Source: an uncultured Eubacterium sp. (GTDB lineage Bacteria > Bacillota > Clostridia > Lachnospirales > Lachnospiraceae). From it: DNA of 64,000 bases. Under the pieces are notes generated by a model that had not been told where the DNA came from, did no database searches, and saw only the letters and a list, made by a program, of their open reading frames with translations. Positions within the stretch are counted from its first letter, which is position 1, and each line of letters begins with the position of its first letter. Made by a program: the position numbers and the translations under genes. Where the stretch lies: the NCBI GenBank assembly GCA_934316845.1, contig CAKRDZ010000010.1, positions 1,560 to 65,559 on the forward strand, written 5' to 3'. Positions 1 through 13,692 of the stretch are shown piece by piece.

Positions 1-95
1 GCTGTATATACGGTTCCGGAAATATATACATAATCTCCTGCATGAAGTTCTTTTACTTTTTCTTTTGTCAATGGTGTCTCCAAATGCTTTTCCAT
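1..95 (-). CDS. Fe-S hydro-lyase (class I fumarate hydratase / tartrate dehydratase family) beta subunit, 5' fragment; the gene continues past the left edge
   Basis: Minus-strand ATG at 93-95 with GGAG about 11 nt upstream. Reads MEKHLETPLTKEKVKELHAGDYVYISGTVYT..., the conserved N-terminus of FumA/TtdB-type beta subunits. Absent from the ORF track because the window edge truncates it. Confidence 0.55.
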   Translation of the reverse strand, partial: MEKHLETPLTKEKVKELHAGDYVYISGTVYT

Positions 96-121
96 CTCTT
101 CTTCATCTCCAATATTTGTAT

Positions 122-1060
122 TCAGATCTTGAGGTCATATTTTGAAAATAATTCGTTTACCGTGATCTCGTATTCTGATATTTTCTGCGCTTTCTTTATC
201 TTTTTAGCGATTTTTTCATCTGCATCAAAGGATTGTATAAGGTAATGCCATAATTCCTTCATTTTGAACAAAACAGGGCGCTCTCCATGCAATTCTGACT
301 GGTATCTTTCGCACAATTCCGTGACAAATTCTTTGATTTTTTCTTTTTCCGGCGGTTTTTCTTCTTTTATAGAAGCAATGACTGCCGGATTTTGTAAAAT
401 ACCCCGTCCGAGCATAACACCCGGAAGATCCGGATATTGACCGGTAAGATGTTGATAATCTTCTTTGCTGAATATATCGCCGTTGTAGCACAAAACATTA
501 GCACTGTGATTTATGGCATACGAAAATGCCTGCATATCCGGTGTATTCTGGTAGAAATCCTCTCTTGTGCGCGGATGCACGATCAGTTCATAAACCGGAA
601 ACTGGTTAAATATGGAAAGAAGTGTTGGAAATTCTTCTGCACTTTCATAACCGATCCGCGTTTTTATGGATATTTTCACATCGGTTTCTTCGTAAATTTC
701 TTTTAAAAAGGATTCCAGCTTTTTCGGTTCTGTCAGAAAACCGGAACCTTTCTTACGCGAAACTACAGTACCTGCCGGACATCCCAGATTTAGATTTACT
801 TCGCTATAGCCAAATTGCTGTAGATATTCTACGGTCTGTAAAAACATTTCTGCCCGGTTTGTCATGATCTGTGGTACGAGATACAGACCGGCATTATTTT
901 CCGGCAAAATATCTTTTTTCTCGCGTGTGCGGCATATTTTCTTTTGATTGGGCGAGATAAAAGGGGAAAAATATTTATCAATTCCACCAAAATATTTCGC
1001 ATACGTTGTACGGTAAATATGCCCGGTGATTCCTTCCAGAGGCGCCATGTAGTATTTCAT
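122..1060 (-). CDS. tRNA-dihydrouridine synthase family protein (Dus, TIM-barrel flavoenzyme)
   Basis: 312-aa ORF. MAPLEGITGHIYR... and NLNLGCPAGTVV (catalytic Cys loop) are typical of the Dus family. Confidence 0.8.
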   Translation of the reverse strand: MKYYMAPLEGITGHIYRTTYAKYFGGIDKYFSPFISPNQKKICRTREKKDILPENNAGLYLVPQIMTNRAEMFLQTVEYLQQFGYSEVNLNLGCPAGTVVSRKKGSGFLTEPKKLESFLKEIYEETDVKISIKTRIGYESAEEFPTLLSIFNQFPVYELIVHPRTREDFYQNTPDMQAFSYAINHSANVLCYNGDIFSKEDYQHLTGQYPDLPGVMLGRGILQNPAVIASIKEEKPPEKEKIKEFVTELCERYQSELHGERPVLFKMKELWHYLIQSFDADEKIAKKIKKAQKISEYEITVNELFSKYDLKI

Positions 1061-1233
1061 CAGTTCTGTTTTCTCACAATCTTATATTCATCGTCGTTCT
1101 GATAGTAGGGGCAGGAACGGTATGAGGTATTCATAAAACGGTACATTTCGTCCTCATCCAGATTTACCTGACATTCTCCGTAACCATCGTCATCGACGTA
1201 GTAAAGAGCACAAAATTCGCAGTTTGTCTCCAT
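1060..1233 (-). CDS. Small Cys-rich acidic protein (57 aa), function unknown
   Basis: ATG at 1231-1233 and stop at 1060-1062. Translation METNCEFCALYYVDDDGYGECQVNLDEDEMYRFMNTSYRSCPYYQNDDEYKIVRKQN has CxxC...C...C. Its stop overlaps the dus start (ATGA), implying translational coupling. Below the 60-aa cut-off of the ORF track. Confidence 0.5.
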   Translation of the reverse strand: METNCEFCALYYVDDDGYGECQVNLDEDEMYRFMNTSYRSCPYYQNDDEYKIVRKQN

Positions 1234-1254
1234 ATTTCTCTTCCTTTCGGATAT

Positions 1255-2097
1255 TTATACCGTACGGCGGATATGACGGTTTACATGACAGCAGATGTTG
1301 ATGGCAACCGGCATTCCGGCGATATGCGTCGGATAGGTTTCAATATTTACACCAAGTGCTGTCACCGTGCCTCCAAGTCCGGCCGGCCCAATGCCAAAAT
1401 TGTTAATTTTTTCCAGCATTTCATCTTCGAGTTCTTTTACATAAGGAATTTCAGAAGATGAGTTTAAGTCGCGGGTAAGTGCCTTTTTTGCAAGGATGGC
1501 GCACTTTTCAAAAGTTCCGCCGATACCTACTCCGACAACGATCGGAGGACAGGCGTTGGGACCTGCGAGTTTTACTGTCTCTAAGATGGCATTGCGGATT
1601 CCATCGAGTCCGTCTGCCGGTTTGAGCATATAAAGACGGCTCATATTTTCGCTGCCAAATCCTTTTGGTGCAATCGTGATCTCTACCTGGTCACCCGGTA
1701 CGATTTCATAATGAATGACACCCGGCGTATTGTCCTTTGTATTGACACGGTCTACCGGATCTTTTACCACAGACTTGCGGAGATACCCTTCCCGGTATCC
1801 CTGACGGATTCCCTCGTTGATGGCATCTTCTATGTAAGCGCCTTCAAAATGAACCTCCTGTCCAACTTTCAAAAATACAACGGTCATACCGGTATCCTGA
1901 CAAATTGGAATCCGGGTATCGGAAGCAATCTCCATATTTTCTTCCAGCTGGCCTAATATCTGCTTTCCAAGCGGAGATTCTTCCTTTTTTTCTGCTTCTT
2001 CGATGGCACATTTTACATCTTTTGACAGATGGATATTAACATCCATACACATTTCTTTTACCTGCTGTGTAATTAATTCTGTATTAATTGTTCTCAT
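1255..2097 (-). CDS. Fe-S hydro-lyase (class I fumarate hydratase / tartrate dehydratase) alpha subunit
   Basis: Translation from [17 protein letters not shown]... The motifs [20 protein letters not shown] and [17 protein letters not shown] are typical of the alpha subunit. Start chosen at the ATG at 2097 (GGGGAG 7 nt upstream). The longer track ORF would run antisense into gyrA. Confidence 0.8.
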   Translation of the reverse strand: MRTINTELITQQVKEMCMDVNIHLSKDVKCAIEEAEKKEESPLGKQILGQLEENMEIASDTRIPICQDTGMTVVFLKVGQEVHFEGAYIEDAINEGIRQGYREGYLRKSVVKDPVDRVNTKDNTPGVIHYEIVPGDQVEITIAPKGFGSENMSRLYMLKPADGLDGIRNAILETVKLAGPNACPPIVVGVGIGGTFEKCAILAKKALTRDLNSSSEIPYVKELEDEMLEKINNFGIGPAGLGGTVTALGVNIETYPTHIAGMPVAINICCHVNRHIRRTV

Positions 2098-4609
2098 CTG
2101 CATTCTCCCCGGCATCTTCTTCTGCCTCTTCTTCCGGTTTTTCGTTTTCTTCTTTCCGCACTTTGGCAATGCTTGCGACGACGACATCCTGTGAAGGATC
2201 TAAATTCATCAGTTTTACACCGGAAGTAATTCTTCCAAGGATGGAAATATCGGACACCTCAATACGGATGACAATACCTTCATTGGTGATCAGCATGATC
2301 TCCTGGTCGTCATGAACGGCTTTTGCACCTACGACATTTCCGGTCTTTTCAGTGATCTTATAACATTTCACACCTTTTCCGCCACGATGCTGTACCCCAA
2401 ATTCTTCGATATTGGTACGTTTTCCTAAACCATATTCGGATACGAGAAGAAGCTGTTCTCCCTGCGTATCTAACTGCATTCCGACTACTTCATCGTCATA
2501 AGACAGGTTCATACCGCGTACACCCATAGAAGTTCGTCCCGTCGTACGTACGTCAGTCTCCTTAAACTTGATGCACTGTCCCTGTTTTGTCACAAGGATG
2601 ATCTCCTTGTTGTCGTCTGTTACTTTTACTTCGATCAATTCATCCTCTTCGCGAAGATTGATTGCCTGCAGTCCGGTCTTACGGATATTCATGTATTCCG
2701 AAAGGGAAGTTTTCTTAACCAGACCATTCTTTGTCGCCATAAAGAGATATTTATCCTCTTCGTATTCACGCAGCGCAATAACTGCCGTAATTTTTTCTTC
2801 CGGAAGCAGCTGTAATAAATTTACAATTGCTGTACCACGGCTTGTACGGCTTGATTCCGGTATCTCGTATGCTTTGATACGGTATACGCGGCCTTTGTTG
2901 GTAAAGAACATCAGGTAATGATGCGTCGTCGCCATAAAGAGATCTTCGATATAGTCTTCTTCAATGGTCTGCATTCCCTTGATTCCTTTTCCTCCGCGGT
3001 GCTGGCTCTTAAAGTTATCACTCGTCATACGTTTGATATAACCCATATGAGTCATTGCAATCACCGTATTTTCAACCGGGATCAGATCTTCCATGGAGAT
3101 GTCAAATTCATCAAAACCGATGGATGTACGACGCTCATCTCCATATTTATTGGAAATTAATGTAATTTCTTCTTTAATGACTCCCAGAAGAAGTTTACGA
3201 TCTGCCAAGATAGCACGGAACTCTTCAATCTTCTTCATGAGTTCTGCATATTCATTTTCCAGTTTTTCGCGTTCCAAACCGGTCAATGCACGCAGACGCA
3301 TATCTACGATTGCCTGTGCCTGTACATCATCCAGTTCAAAACGTTCGATCAATTTTTCTTTCGCTTCATTGGTTGTCTTCGAACCGCGGATAATACGGAT
3401 CACTTCATCGATATTATCAAGTGCGATCAACAATCCTTTGATGATATGTGCTCGTTCTTCTGCCTTGTTGAGGTCGTATTTAATACGACGTGTCACAACA
3501 TCTTCCTGATGAGTCAGGTAGTGCTGAAGCATCTGGAGAAGATTCATGACTTTCGGCTCTTTATCCACAAGCGCAAGCATATTAACACCAAACGTATCCT
3601 GCATCTGTGTATGCTTATACAATTGATTCAATACGACATTTGCATTGGCATCTTTGCGCAGCTCAATACAGATGCGCATTCCCTCACGGTTCGATTCATC
3701 GCGGAGATCTGTGATTCCGTCAATTCGTTTGTCTTTATGTAATTCCGCAATTTTTTCTACTAATTTTGCCTTATTTACCATGTAGGGAAGTTCGGTTACA
3801 ATGATCCGGCTTTTTCCATTTGCCATAGTTTCAATATTTGTCACGGCACGCACACGGATCTTTCCGCGGCCGGTACGATAGGCTTCTTCGATTCCACGGC
3901 GGCCTAAGATGGTAGCTCCCGTCGGAAAATCCGGTCCTTTGATAATTTCCATGATTTCCTCAAGGCTTGTCTCACGATCTTCTTCGACGATATTATCAAT
4001 AATTTTTACGACACCGCCAATAACTTCTTTCAGGTTATGCGGTGGGATGTTGGTCGCCATACCTACGGCGATACCGGAAGTACCATTGACTAAAAGGTTC
4101 GGAAAACGTGCCGGAAGCACTGCCGGCTCTTTTTCTGTCTCATCAAAGTTCGGTACAAAATCAACGGTATTTTTATTGATATCAGCAAGCATTTCCATTG
4201 AAATCTTGCTGAGTCTTGCTTCGGTATAACGCATCGCAGCCGCGCCGTCACCATCGACAGAACCAAAGTTTCCATGTCCATCAACAAGCGGATAACGGGT
4301 GGACCATTCCTGCGCCATATTAACGAGCGCTCCGTAGATTGAACTGTCTCCATGAGGGTGGTATTTACCCATGGCATCACCGACGATACGCGCACATTTA
4401 CGATGTGGCTTATCCGGTCCGTTGTTCAATTCGATCATTGCATACAAGATTCGTCGCTGAACCGGTTTCAAACCGTCTCTTACATCAGGAAGCGCTCTGG
4501 ATGCAATAACAGACATCGCGTAATTGATATAGGATGTCTCCATCGTTTTCCTCAAATCCACTGGTTTTATGGCATCCAATGAATCTTTGTCAAAAATATT
4601 TTCATCCAT
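2084..4609 (-). CDS. gyrA: DNA gyrase subunit A
   Basis: 841 aa. [26 protein letters not shown] and the catalytic region [10 protein letters not shown] are present, plus a C-terminal beta-pinwheel and acidic tail. Canonical position after gyrB. Confidence 0.97.
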   Translation of the reverse strand: MDENIFDKDSLDAIKPVDLRKTMETSYINYAMSVIASRALPDVRDGLKPVQRRILYAMIELNNGPDKPHRKCARIVGDAMGKYHPHGDSSIYGALVNMAQEWSTRYPLVDGHGNFGSVDGDGAAAMRYTEARLSKISMEMLADINKNTVDFVPNFDETEKEPAVLPARFPNLLVNGTSGIAVGMATNIPPHNLKEVIGGVVKIIDNIVEEDRETSLEEIMEIIKGPDFPTGATILGRRGIEEAYRTGRGKIRVRAVTNIETMANGKSRIIVTELPYMVNKAKLVEKIAELHKDKRIDGITDLRDESNREGMRICIELRKDANANVVLNQLYKHTQMQDTFGVNMLALVDKEPKVMNLLQMLQHYLTHQEDVVTRRIKYDLNKAEERAHIIKGLLIALDNIDEVIRIIRGSKTTNEAKEKLIERFELDDVQAQAIVDMRLRALTGLEREKLENEYAELMKKIEEFRAILADRKLLLGVIKEEITLISNKYGDERRTSIGFDEFDISMEDLIPVENTVIAMTHMGYIKRMTSDNFKSQHRGGKGIKGMQTIEEDYIEDLFMATTHHYLMFFTNKGRVYRIKAYEIPESSRTSRGTAIVNLLQLLPEEKITAVIALREYEEDKYLFMATKNGLVKKTSLSEYMNIRKTGLQAINLREEDELIEVKVTDDNKEIILVTKQGQCIKFKETDVRTTGRTSMGVRGMNLSYDDEVVGMQLDTQGEQLLLVSEYGLGKRTNIEEFGVQHRGGKGVKCYKITEKTGNVVGAKAVHDDQEIMLITNEGIVIRIEVSDISILGRITSGVKLMNLDPSQDVVVASIAKVRKEENEKPEEEAEEDAGENADENN

Positions 4610-4627
4610 AGTTTGTTACCTTCCTTT

Positions 4628-7642
<3,015 letters not shown>

Positions 7643-7646
<4 letters not shown>

Positions 7647-7855
7647 ATATGATTTACCTTTACCTGATGTCCTTCCAGTTCGATCACATCTCCCGGACGA
7701 ACTTTCCGTCCACGCCGAAGTTCCACTTCACCATTTACCGATACGATTCCATCTTCAATCATAAACTTGGCATCGACTCCGGAACCGGCCAATCCTGCAA
7801 GTTTCAAAGCCTGCCCTAATTTTATAAAATCATCTTTTATCGTTATTTCTTCCAT
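7643..7855 (-). CDS. yaaA: S4-domain RNA-binding protein YaaA/RemB type
   Basis: 70 aa. IKLGQALKLAGLAGSGVDAKFMIEDGIVSVNGEVELRRGRKV is an S4 fold. Conserved slot between dnaN and recF, overlapping the recF start. Confidence 0.8.
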
Positions 7856-7867
7856 AATTTATCTCCT

Positions 7868-8968
7868 TTACTCAATTAGATTTACAGGAAGAATCAGATA
7901 AATGTAAGAATTGTCATCGCGGATAAAGCATGGCGCTTTCGCATTAAACAAATACAGATTTACTTCTTCTTCGTCAATTACGCGGAGTACATCGATCAAA
8001 AACTTAGGGTCAAATGCAATCCTCAGATCTTTTCCCTCTTTTTCAATCGTAATATTTTCATCCATGGAACCGATCTTTGTCGTCATTTCCATCTTGATCT
8101 CACTGTTTTTCACATTCATAATGACCGGCTTATTTTCCGCTTCACGCAAAAGCAGCGTTGCACGGTCGATACATTCAAGAAGTTCTCTTTTATTTACCGT
8201 AACTTTTGTCTCGTAATCGTTGGTCAGCATCTGATTGATATTATAGAAATTTCCTTCAATCAGGCGGGAAATGATAACCGTATTTTCCAATTCAAATAAA
8301 ACATGGTTTTTTGTGAAATAGATATCTACATTGTCGTCCATTCCTCCGGTCAGAATCTTGCTTACCTCGCTCAGTGTCTTTCCGGGGATGACCGCTTTCA
8401 TATCATCGTAGGATTCCTTCAGCTGAATCTTGCGGATGGACACACGATGAAGGTCAAGGGAAGCGATCTTAAATTCATCTCCATTGATTTCAAACAATTC
8501 ACCGGTCAGAATCTTATTGCTCTCATTGTTAGAAATGGAAAAAATTGTCTGTCTAATCATTTCTTTTAAAGTAAACTGCGAAACGGTGATCTTATAGTTT
8601 TTTTCTATGTTTGGAAGCATTGGAAATTCTTCATGGTTCTTTCCGGAAAGGTTGAATTTGGCCTTTCCACAGAACAAAAGAATATTTTCATTGTCATCTG
8701 CTTCAAAATAAACATCATTTTCCGGAAGTTTACGAATGATATCGGATATCATCTTTGCATTGACAAGGATAATGCCGTCTTCTTCTACCTGGGCAGGAAA
8801 ACTCGTTTCGATGCCAAGCTGCATATCGTTGGTCGTTAATTTGATCTGATCTCCGGCTGCTTTAATGACAACACATTCCAAAATAGGCATCGTCGTTTTA
8901 CCGGGTACTGCTTTCAATACGATATTAACTGCTTCTGCCATATCCGATTTATTGCATGTGAATTTCAT
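7868..8968 (-). CDS. dnaN: DNA polymerase III beta sliding clamp
   Basis: Start taken at MKFTCNKSDMAEAVNIV... (ATG 8966-8968), giving 366 aa. The upstream 34 codons of the track ORF lie in the AT-rich origin spacer. Confidence 0.95.
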   Translation of the reverse strand: MKFTCNKSDMAEAVNIVLKAVPGKTTMPILECVVIKAAGDQIKLTTNDMQLGIETSFPAQVEEDGIILVNAKMISDIIRKLPENDVYFEADDNENILLFCGKAKFNLSGKNHEEFPMLPNIEKNYKITVSQFTLKEMIRQTIFSISNNESNKILTGELFEINGDEFKIASLDLHRVSIRKIQLKESYDDMKAVIPGKTLSEVSKILTGGMDDNVDIYFTKNHVLFELENTVIISRLIEGNFYNINQMLTNDYETKVTVNKRELLECIDRATLLLREAENKPVIMNVKNSEIKMEMTTKIGSMDENITIEKEGKDLRIAFDPKFLIDVLRVIDEEEVNLYLFNAKAPCFIRDDNSYIYLILPVNLIE

Positions 8969-9233
8969 AGTTGTGAATAACCCCTTTCTGGTTGAATTGC
9001 TAATAAATATAATATTAATATCTAGTAATAGTAGTAATAGGTGTCGTGTAAAAGTGGAAAAGCAGCTCAAAGTTAAATTCTATGCTGGTTTGAGCCACTT
9101 TATAACTTTAGCATTTAACGTTTATTTTAAGTGAATGGATTGGGAAACTTAAATCTTGTTAAAAAGTTAAATTAAGTTGTCCCTGAACTATACTCAAATT
9201 ATAAACAGTTAATGTAAAGTTATCCACAAGTTA
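8969..9233. other. dnaA-dnaN intergenic spacer, part of oriC
   Basis: AT-rich non-coding gap in the canonical position. It has one perfect DnaA box TTATCCACA at 9220-9228 and a one-mismatch box TGTGAATAA at 8972-8980. Confidence 0.6.
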
Positions 9234-10607
9234 TCAAGGATTGATTTTTTTGATCAGAATATCGATCACTTTCTTCACAGTTGGATCGGTATTTATCAAC
9301 TCCTCTATTTTCGTGCATCCGTGGATAACTGTCGAATGATCGCGTCCGCCTATCTTTTCCCCGATCTCCGTTGTGGATAAGTCTGTTAATTCTTTGCATA
9401 AGTACATACAGATCTGTCGTGGATAAGCAATTGTCTTTTGTCTCTTCTTAGAGATAATGGCATCCGTTGAGAGTTGAAAATGTTCGGTTACGATATCAAT
9501 AATGTATTCGACTGTGATCTCTCTTGCACTGTCCGGTTTGATCATATCCTTTAATGCATTTTCTGCAAGTTCCAGTGTGATCTTCTGGTGGCTTAATGTG
9601 GAAAAGTATTGAACTTTTTTGAAGGCGCCTTCCAGTTCACGTACGCTGGAGCGTATATTAGTAGCGATGAAACGGAGTACTTCTTCATCAATACTGATAT
9701 TTTCTTTTTCTTTAAAATTATTTAGAATTGCCATACTGGTTTCATAATCCGGTGGCTGAATATCAACCAAAAGTCCGGAACTGAAGCGTGTCCGATACCG
9801 GTCATCCAATTCAGGCATATCTCTCGGTGGTTTATCACTTGAGATTACGATCTGTTTATTTAACTGGAAAAGAGTCTCAAACGTATTGAAAAATTCAAGC
9901 TGCGAACTTTCCTTTCCTATAATAAACTGAATATCATCGATCAGCAGGACATCAACACTTCGGAATTTTTTTCGAAGGTTTGTCGTCGCGGAGTTATCAT
10001 GACTGATCTTATTGGAACGGATGGCTTCAATTACCTGATTGGTAAAATTTTCACTGGTAATGTAAAGAACCTTTAATTCCGGATGATTTTCAATGATATG
10101 TCTGGCAATGGAATGCATCAGGTGCGTTTTTCCAAGACCCGGATTTCCGTAAAGGAAAAGTGGATTGTATACATGCAGGGTAGGTTCTTCTGCCACATTT
10201 AATGCTGCGGCGTATGCCATCGCATTGCTCTGGCTGGTTACAAAGGTCTCAAAAGAGTGTCCCTGACTCAGATAAGGATACTTATCGATCAATGACTGTT
10301 CTTTTTCTTCATTTAAATAGGAAGAAACACCGTCATCTTTTTTATAAACAAAGTTGATCTGGGCAATTTCTTCGCCTTCTATAATACTTTCGATTGCAAC
10401 ACGGATGTCAAAGTAATAGCGTTCAGTCAATGCTTTGTAGCAGTCACCCTGTTGTTTCATGTCAATCTGCAATGTCAATATATTATTTTCATAAGAAATT
10501 GCTTCCAATGGTTCAATAAAAGTTCGTATCGCCGGACCGGTAATAGAACTATTGTCCTTTAGATACGCGATAATTTCGCCCCAGCGGGATTTTATCTCAT
10601 TTTCCAT
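9234..10607 (-). CDS. dnaA: Chromosomal replication initiator DnaA
   Basis: 457 aa. AAA+ Walker A GNPGLGKTHLMHSI and LLIDDIQF are present, with the C-terminal box-binding helix GGRDHSTVIHGCTKI. Confidence 0.97.
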   Translation of the reverse strand: MENEIKSRWGEIIAYLKDNSSITGPAIRTFIEPLEAISYENNILTLQIDMKQQGDCYKALTERYYFDIRVAIESIIEGEEIAQINFVYKKDDGVSSYLNEEKEQSLIDKYPYLSQGHSFETFVTSQSNAMAYAAALNVAEEPTLHVYNPLFLYGNPGLGKTHLMHSIARHIIENHPELKVLYITSENFTNQVIEAIRSNKISHDNSATTNLRKKFRSVDVLLIDDIQFIIGKESSQLEFFNTFETLFQLNKQIVISSDKPPRDMPELDDRYRTRFSSGLLVDIQPPDYETSMAILNNFKEKENISIDEEVLRFIATNIRSSVRELEGAFKKVQYFSTLSHQKITLELAENALKDMIKPDSAREITVEYIIDIVTEHFQLSTDAIISKKRQKTIAYPRQICMYLCKELTDLSTTEIGEKIGGRDHSTVIHGCTKIEELINTDPTVKKVIDILIKKINP

Positions 10608-10833
10608 AAAAAAACCTACCTAACTAAAAAAAATCAAAATATGGGTATAAACATACAAATATATTGTACATCATAAATGGCTTTTTTTCAATGAAATATT
10701 TACAAAAAAACAACTTTCTTTCATTATTTGCTTGACTATTCGGCAATTCAATACTATAATTAGGCTTGATACGGATTTATCCACTCATTTTTATGAGGAT
10801 ATAAGGTTATAGAGAGAAGGAGGTGTATCGTAT
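10608..10833. other. dnaA-rpmH intergenic region (oriC left part and divergent promoters)
   Basis: Very AT-rich with A/T tracts. One near-perfect DnaA box TTATCCACT at 10777-10785. Divergent dnaA and rpmH transcription is typical of Firmicute origins. Confidence 0.5.
10732..10760 (+). promoter_or_regulatory. Sigma-A type promoter of the rpmH-rnpA operon
   Basis: TTGACT (10732-10737), 17-nt spacer, TATAAT (10755-10760), about 70 nt upstream of rpmH. Confidence 0.6.
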
Positions 10834-10968
10834 ATGAAGATGACATTTCAGCCAAAAAAGAAATCTAGATCCAGAGTTCATGGTTTTCGTAAAAGAATGA
10901 GTACTTCTAATGGAAGAAAGGTTCTTTCCAGAAGAAGAGCAAAAGGAAGAAAAAAATTGTCCGCTTAA
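10834..10968 (+). CDS. rpmH: 50S ribosomal protein L34
   Basis: 44-aa [47 protein letters not shown] with AGGAGG 7 nt upstream. Too short for the ORF track. Confidence 0.95.
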   Translation: MKMTFQPKKKSRSRVHGFRKRMSTSNGRKVLSRRRAKGRKKLSA

Positions 10969-11001
10969 TATGTTTTACACATAGCATGGCAGGATTGTGC
11001 A

Positions 11002-11030
11002 AAGTCACATGAATGTGTGACTTTTTCTTC
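11002..11030 (+). terminator. Hairpin plus T-tract after rpmH (partial terminator/attenuator)
   Basis: AGTCACA (11002-11008) pairs with TGTGACT (11016-11022), followed by TTTTTCTTC. Confidence 0.45.
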
Positions 11031-11085
11031 TTTCTTTTCATCGTTGTATCTATAGGATGCAGGCTTGCCTGTATCACTTGAATGT

Positions 11086-11427
11086 ATGAGGATATGGACA
11101 GTGTTTGAAAAGTTAGGAAAAAACCCGGAATTTAAAAAGGTTTACAAGTTTGGTAAATCGAAAGCAAATCGGTACCTGGTGATGATTTTGGTCGAAAGGG
11201 AAAGTGGTCCCAACCGCTATGGATTTTCTGTCAGTAAGAAAGTCGGCAATAGCGTCGTGCGTCATAGAATCACCAGGTTACTTCGCGAATCCGTTCGAAC
11301 AAATGACGCAGAATTAAAGAAAAGTTATAATGTTGTTATCGTTGCCAGAAACACGGCAAAAGGTAGAAGTTATCAGGAAATCGAGAGTGCATTTCTGCAC
11401 TTGTGTCGATTACATGGTTTAATGTAG
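11086..11427 (+). CDS. rnpA: Ribonuclease P protein component
   Basis: MRIWTVFEKLGKNPEFKKVYKFGKSKANRYLVM...GFSVSKKVGNSVVRHRITRLLRE carries the RNase P protein signature. Conserved position after rpmH. The start could instead be the upstream alternative at 11065. Confidence 0.9.
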   Translation: MRIWTVFEKLGKNPEFKKVYKFGKSKANRYLVMILVERESGPNRYGFSVSKKVGNSVVRHRITRLLRESVRTNDAELKKSYNVVIVARNTAKGRSYQEIESAFLHLCRLHGLM

Positions 11428-11484
11428 TGTGCAGTTGCACATGCAGGTCATCAAATCCCGTTTGGTGACAAAAGGTATAATGTC

Positions 11485-11697
11485 ATGAAAAAGATTTTAT
11501 TATTTTTACTACGTATTTATCAGCGATTCATTTCACCTTTAAAGCCTGCGCCAACGTGTATCTATACACCATGCTGTTCCGAATATGCCAGACAGGCAAT
11601 TACAAAATATGGTGCATGCAAAGGTGGTTTTTTGGCTTTGAAACGAATTTTAAGATGTCATCCTTTTCACAAAGGTGGCTATGATCCAGTTCCGTAA
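11485..11697 (+). CDS. yidD: Membrane protein insertion efficiency factor YidD
   Basis: 70 aa. [11 protein letters not shown]...[15 protein letters not shown]...[12 protein letters not shown] is the YidD signature. Confidence 0.92.
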   Translation: MKKILLFLLRIYQRFISPLKPAPTCIYTPCCSEYARQAITKYGACKGGFLALKRILRCHPFHKGGYDPVP

Positions 11698-11714
11698 AAT
11701 AGCGATATCAGTTA

Positions 11715-12722
11715 GTGGAGGTTAGTGAATTGAGTTATTTGTATCAATTTTTAGGTTGGATATTAGAAGGGATTGACTGGGTAGTATTTCATACCCTTGG
11801 TATTCATAATGTAGGTATATGTATTATTTTATTTACATTTATTGTATATTTGATCATGTTCCCTTTGAATGCAAAACAACAAAAATCATCTCGTTTGATG
11901 ACAAAGATCAATCCGGAGATTCTTGCAATTCAGGAAAAATACAAGGGTAAAAAAGACAATGAATCGATGATGAGACAACAGGCAGAAACGCAGGAAATAT
12001 ACAATAAGTATGGAGTAAGTCCATTTGGTGGATGTCTTCCATTGATTATTTCTATGCCGATCATTTTTGCCCTTTACGGTGTGATCCGTGAGGTTACGAA
12101 GTATGCGCCAAGTCTGGAAGGAGCGACAGGATTTTTAGGTCTTGACCTTTCCCAGACACCTACACAATATGCTTCTACGACAAAATGGGCGTATATGATC
12201 CCTGTACTGGCGGTTGTATTCCAGTTTTTAAATTCTCAGATTCTTCAGGCGAAGAGCAAGAATGAGAAAGGTAAGAAAAACAAAAATACCCAGCAGGACA
12301 GTATGCAGCAGAGTATGAAGATGATGAATTATTTCATGCCTTTGATGTCCGGATTTTTTGCATTGAGTTTTTCAATGGGTATTGGTTTATACTGGATCGC
12401 GGCTTCCATTTTTAGAATTGGACAAACTATCATTATAAACCGTCAGGTAGACAAGATTTCTTTGGATGATCTGGTTGAGAAGAATAAGGAAAAAGCTGCA
12501 AAGAAATCAAAAAAACGTAAACAGATGAATGAACAGATGGAAATGTATGCAAAGCAGAGGACAAGTTCCATTAAGACGGCTGCAGGTTATCAGAATAAAG
12601 AAACTGCGGATAAGAATGATGTGAAAAAGCCGTCCTATAATACTACAAATACAAATTATGAGAAGGGCAGCATCGGTTCTTATGCCCATATGCTGGATGG
12701 AGACAAGGAAAAAGATAAATAA
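11715..12722 (+). CDS. yidC: Membrane protein insertase YidC/Oxa1 (SpoIIIJ-like)
   Basis: 335 aa, multi-TM. MMRQQAETQEIYNKYGVSPFGGCLPLIISMPIIFALY is present, with a basic C-terminal tail. GTG start. Confidence 0.9.
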   Translation: MEVSELSYLYQFLGWILEGIDWVVFHTLGIHNVGICIILFTFIVYLIMFPLNAKQQKSSRLMTKINPEILAIQEKYKGKKDNESMMRQQAETQEIYNKYGVSPFGGCLPLIISMPIIFALYGVIREVTKYAPSLEGATGFLGLDLSQTPTQYASTTKWAYMIPVLAVVFQFLNSQILQAKSKNEKGKKNKNTQQDSMQQSMKMMNYFMPLMSGFFALSFSMGIGLYWIAASIFRIGQTIIINRQVDKISLDDLVEKNKEKAAKKSKKRKQMNEQMEMYAKQRTSSIKTAAGYQNKETADKNDVKKPSYNTTNTNYEKGSIGSYAHMLDGDKEKDK

Positions 12723-12756
12723 TGGATTGTCTTTTATGTGATTGGAGGAATTGAAT

Positions 12757-13608
12757 ATGTCAAATTGGCAGGAATTTTCAGCAAAAACAGTAGATGAAGC
12801 TTTGACAGAAGCATTAATTAAATTAGAAACGACAAGTGATCAGATTGAATATGAAGTGTTGGAAAAAGAGAGTACCGCCTTTCTTGGATTATTTAGTAAA
12901 CCGGCGCGCATTCGTGTTTGCAAGAAAGAAGATGTACAGGATATTGTAAAAGATTTCTTAAAACGTCTTTTTGAAAATATGAATCTGAATGTTGAAATTG
13001 ATATGAAATTCGATGAAGAAGAGAAGATCATCTATATTGATCTGAAAGGTGATGAAATGGGTCTTCTGATCGGTAAGAGAGGACAGACTTTGGATTCCAT
13101 CCAGTATCTTACTTCATTGGTTGCTAATAAGAACCGCGAAGAATATATCAAGATCAAAATGGATACAGAAAATTACCGTGAGCGTCGTAAAGTAACGATC
13201 GAGAATCTTGCAAAGAATATTGCGATTAAGGTTAAGAAGACGAGACGTCCTGCGACTCTGGAACCGATGAATCCATATGAGAGACGTTTGATCCATGCAG
13301 CACTTCAGGATGATAAATATGTAGAGACTTATAGTGAAGGGGAAGAGCCTTTCCGTAAGGTTATCGTAAATGTATCAAAAGAATATGCGAGCATGCCGCC
13401 ACGCCGCAACAATAATTACCGCAAGAAAAACGGTTATAACGGAAATGGCAACCGCGGTGGACGTAAACCATATAATAAGTCTTATGGTAACAAGAAGCCG
13501 TATGGTAAATCTTCTTATAACAAATCTTATAACCGTAACAATTCTTATCGTAATCAAAGTAATTTTGGTTCCGATGAAAATACGGCTGCAGATAAAAAAG
13601 AAGATTAA
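12757..13608 (+). CDS. jag: RNA-binding protein Jag/KhpB (Jag_N, KH and R3H domains)
   Basis: The GKRGQTLDSIQYL (KH) and MNPYERRLIHAAL (R3H) motifs are present, with an N/Y/K-rich tail. ATG at 12757 follows GGAGGA. Confidence 0.88.
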   Translation: MSNWQEFSAKTVDEALTEALIKLETTSDQIEYEVLEKESTAFLGLFSKPARIRVCKKEDVQDIVKDFLKRLFENMNLNVEIDMKFDEEEKIIYIDLKGDEMGLLIGKRGQTLDSIQYLTSLVANKNREEYIKIKMDTENYRERRKVTIENLAKNIAIKVKKTRRPATLEPMNPYERRLIHAALQDDKYVETYSEGEEPFRKVIVNVSKEYASMPPRRNNNYRKKNGYNGNGNRGGRKPYNKSYGNKKPYGKSSYNKSYNRNNSYRNQSNFGSDENTAADKKED

Positions 13609-13629
13609 TATTTGTGATTGTAAGAGTTG

Positions 13630-13656
13630 GGCTGAATCTCAGGATTCAGCCTTTTT
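13630..13656 (+). terminator. Intrinsic terminator after jag
   Basis: GGCTGAATC (13630-13638) and GATTCAGCC (13643-13651) form a 9-bp stem with a 4-nt loop, followed by TTTTT. Confidence 0.85.
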
Positions 13657-13692
13657 AGCCTTATTAAAATGAAATCTAGAAAGGGATGTTTT

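Noticed and set aside
42-245. Short plus-strand ORFs at the left edge (42..245) and many ORFs of 60-100 aa throughout the track.
   Set aside because: They overlap strongly supported genes on the other strand or in another frame, and they lack ribosome-binding sites and motifs.
8969-9070. The N-terminal extensions proposed by the ORF track for dnaN (34 codons), trmB (87 codons, 22303..22563), alpha-galactosidase, the AraC genes, uraA and agrB.
   Set aside because: The extensions are AT-rich, hydrophobic-nonsense sequence without an RBS. Internal ATGs with good Shine-Dalgarno sequences coincide with the conserved N-termini of the families.
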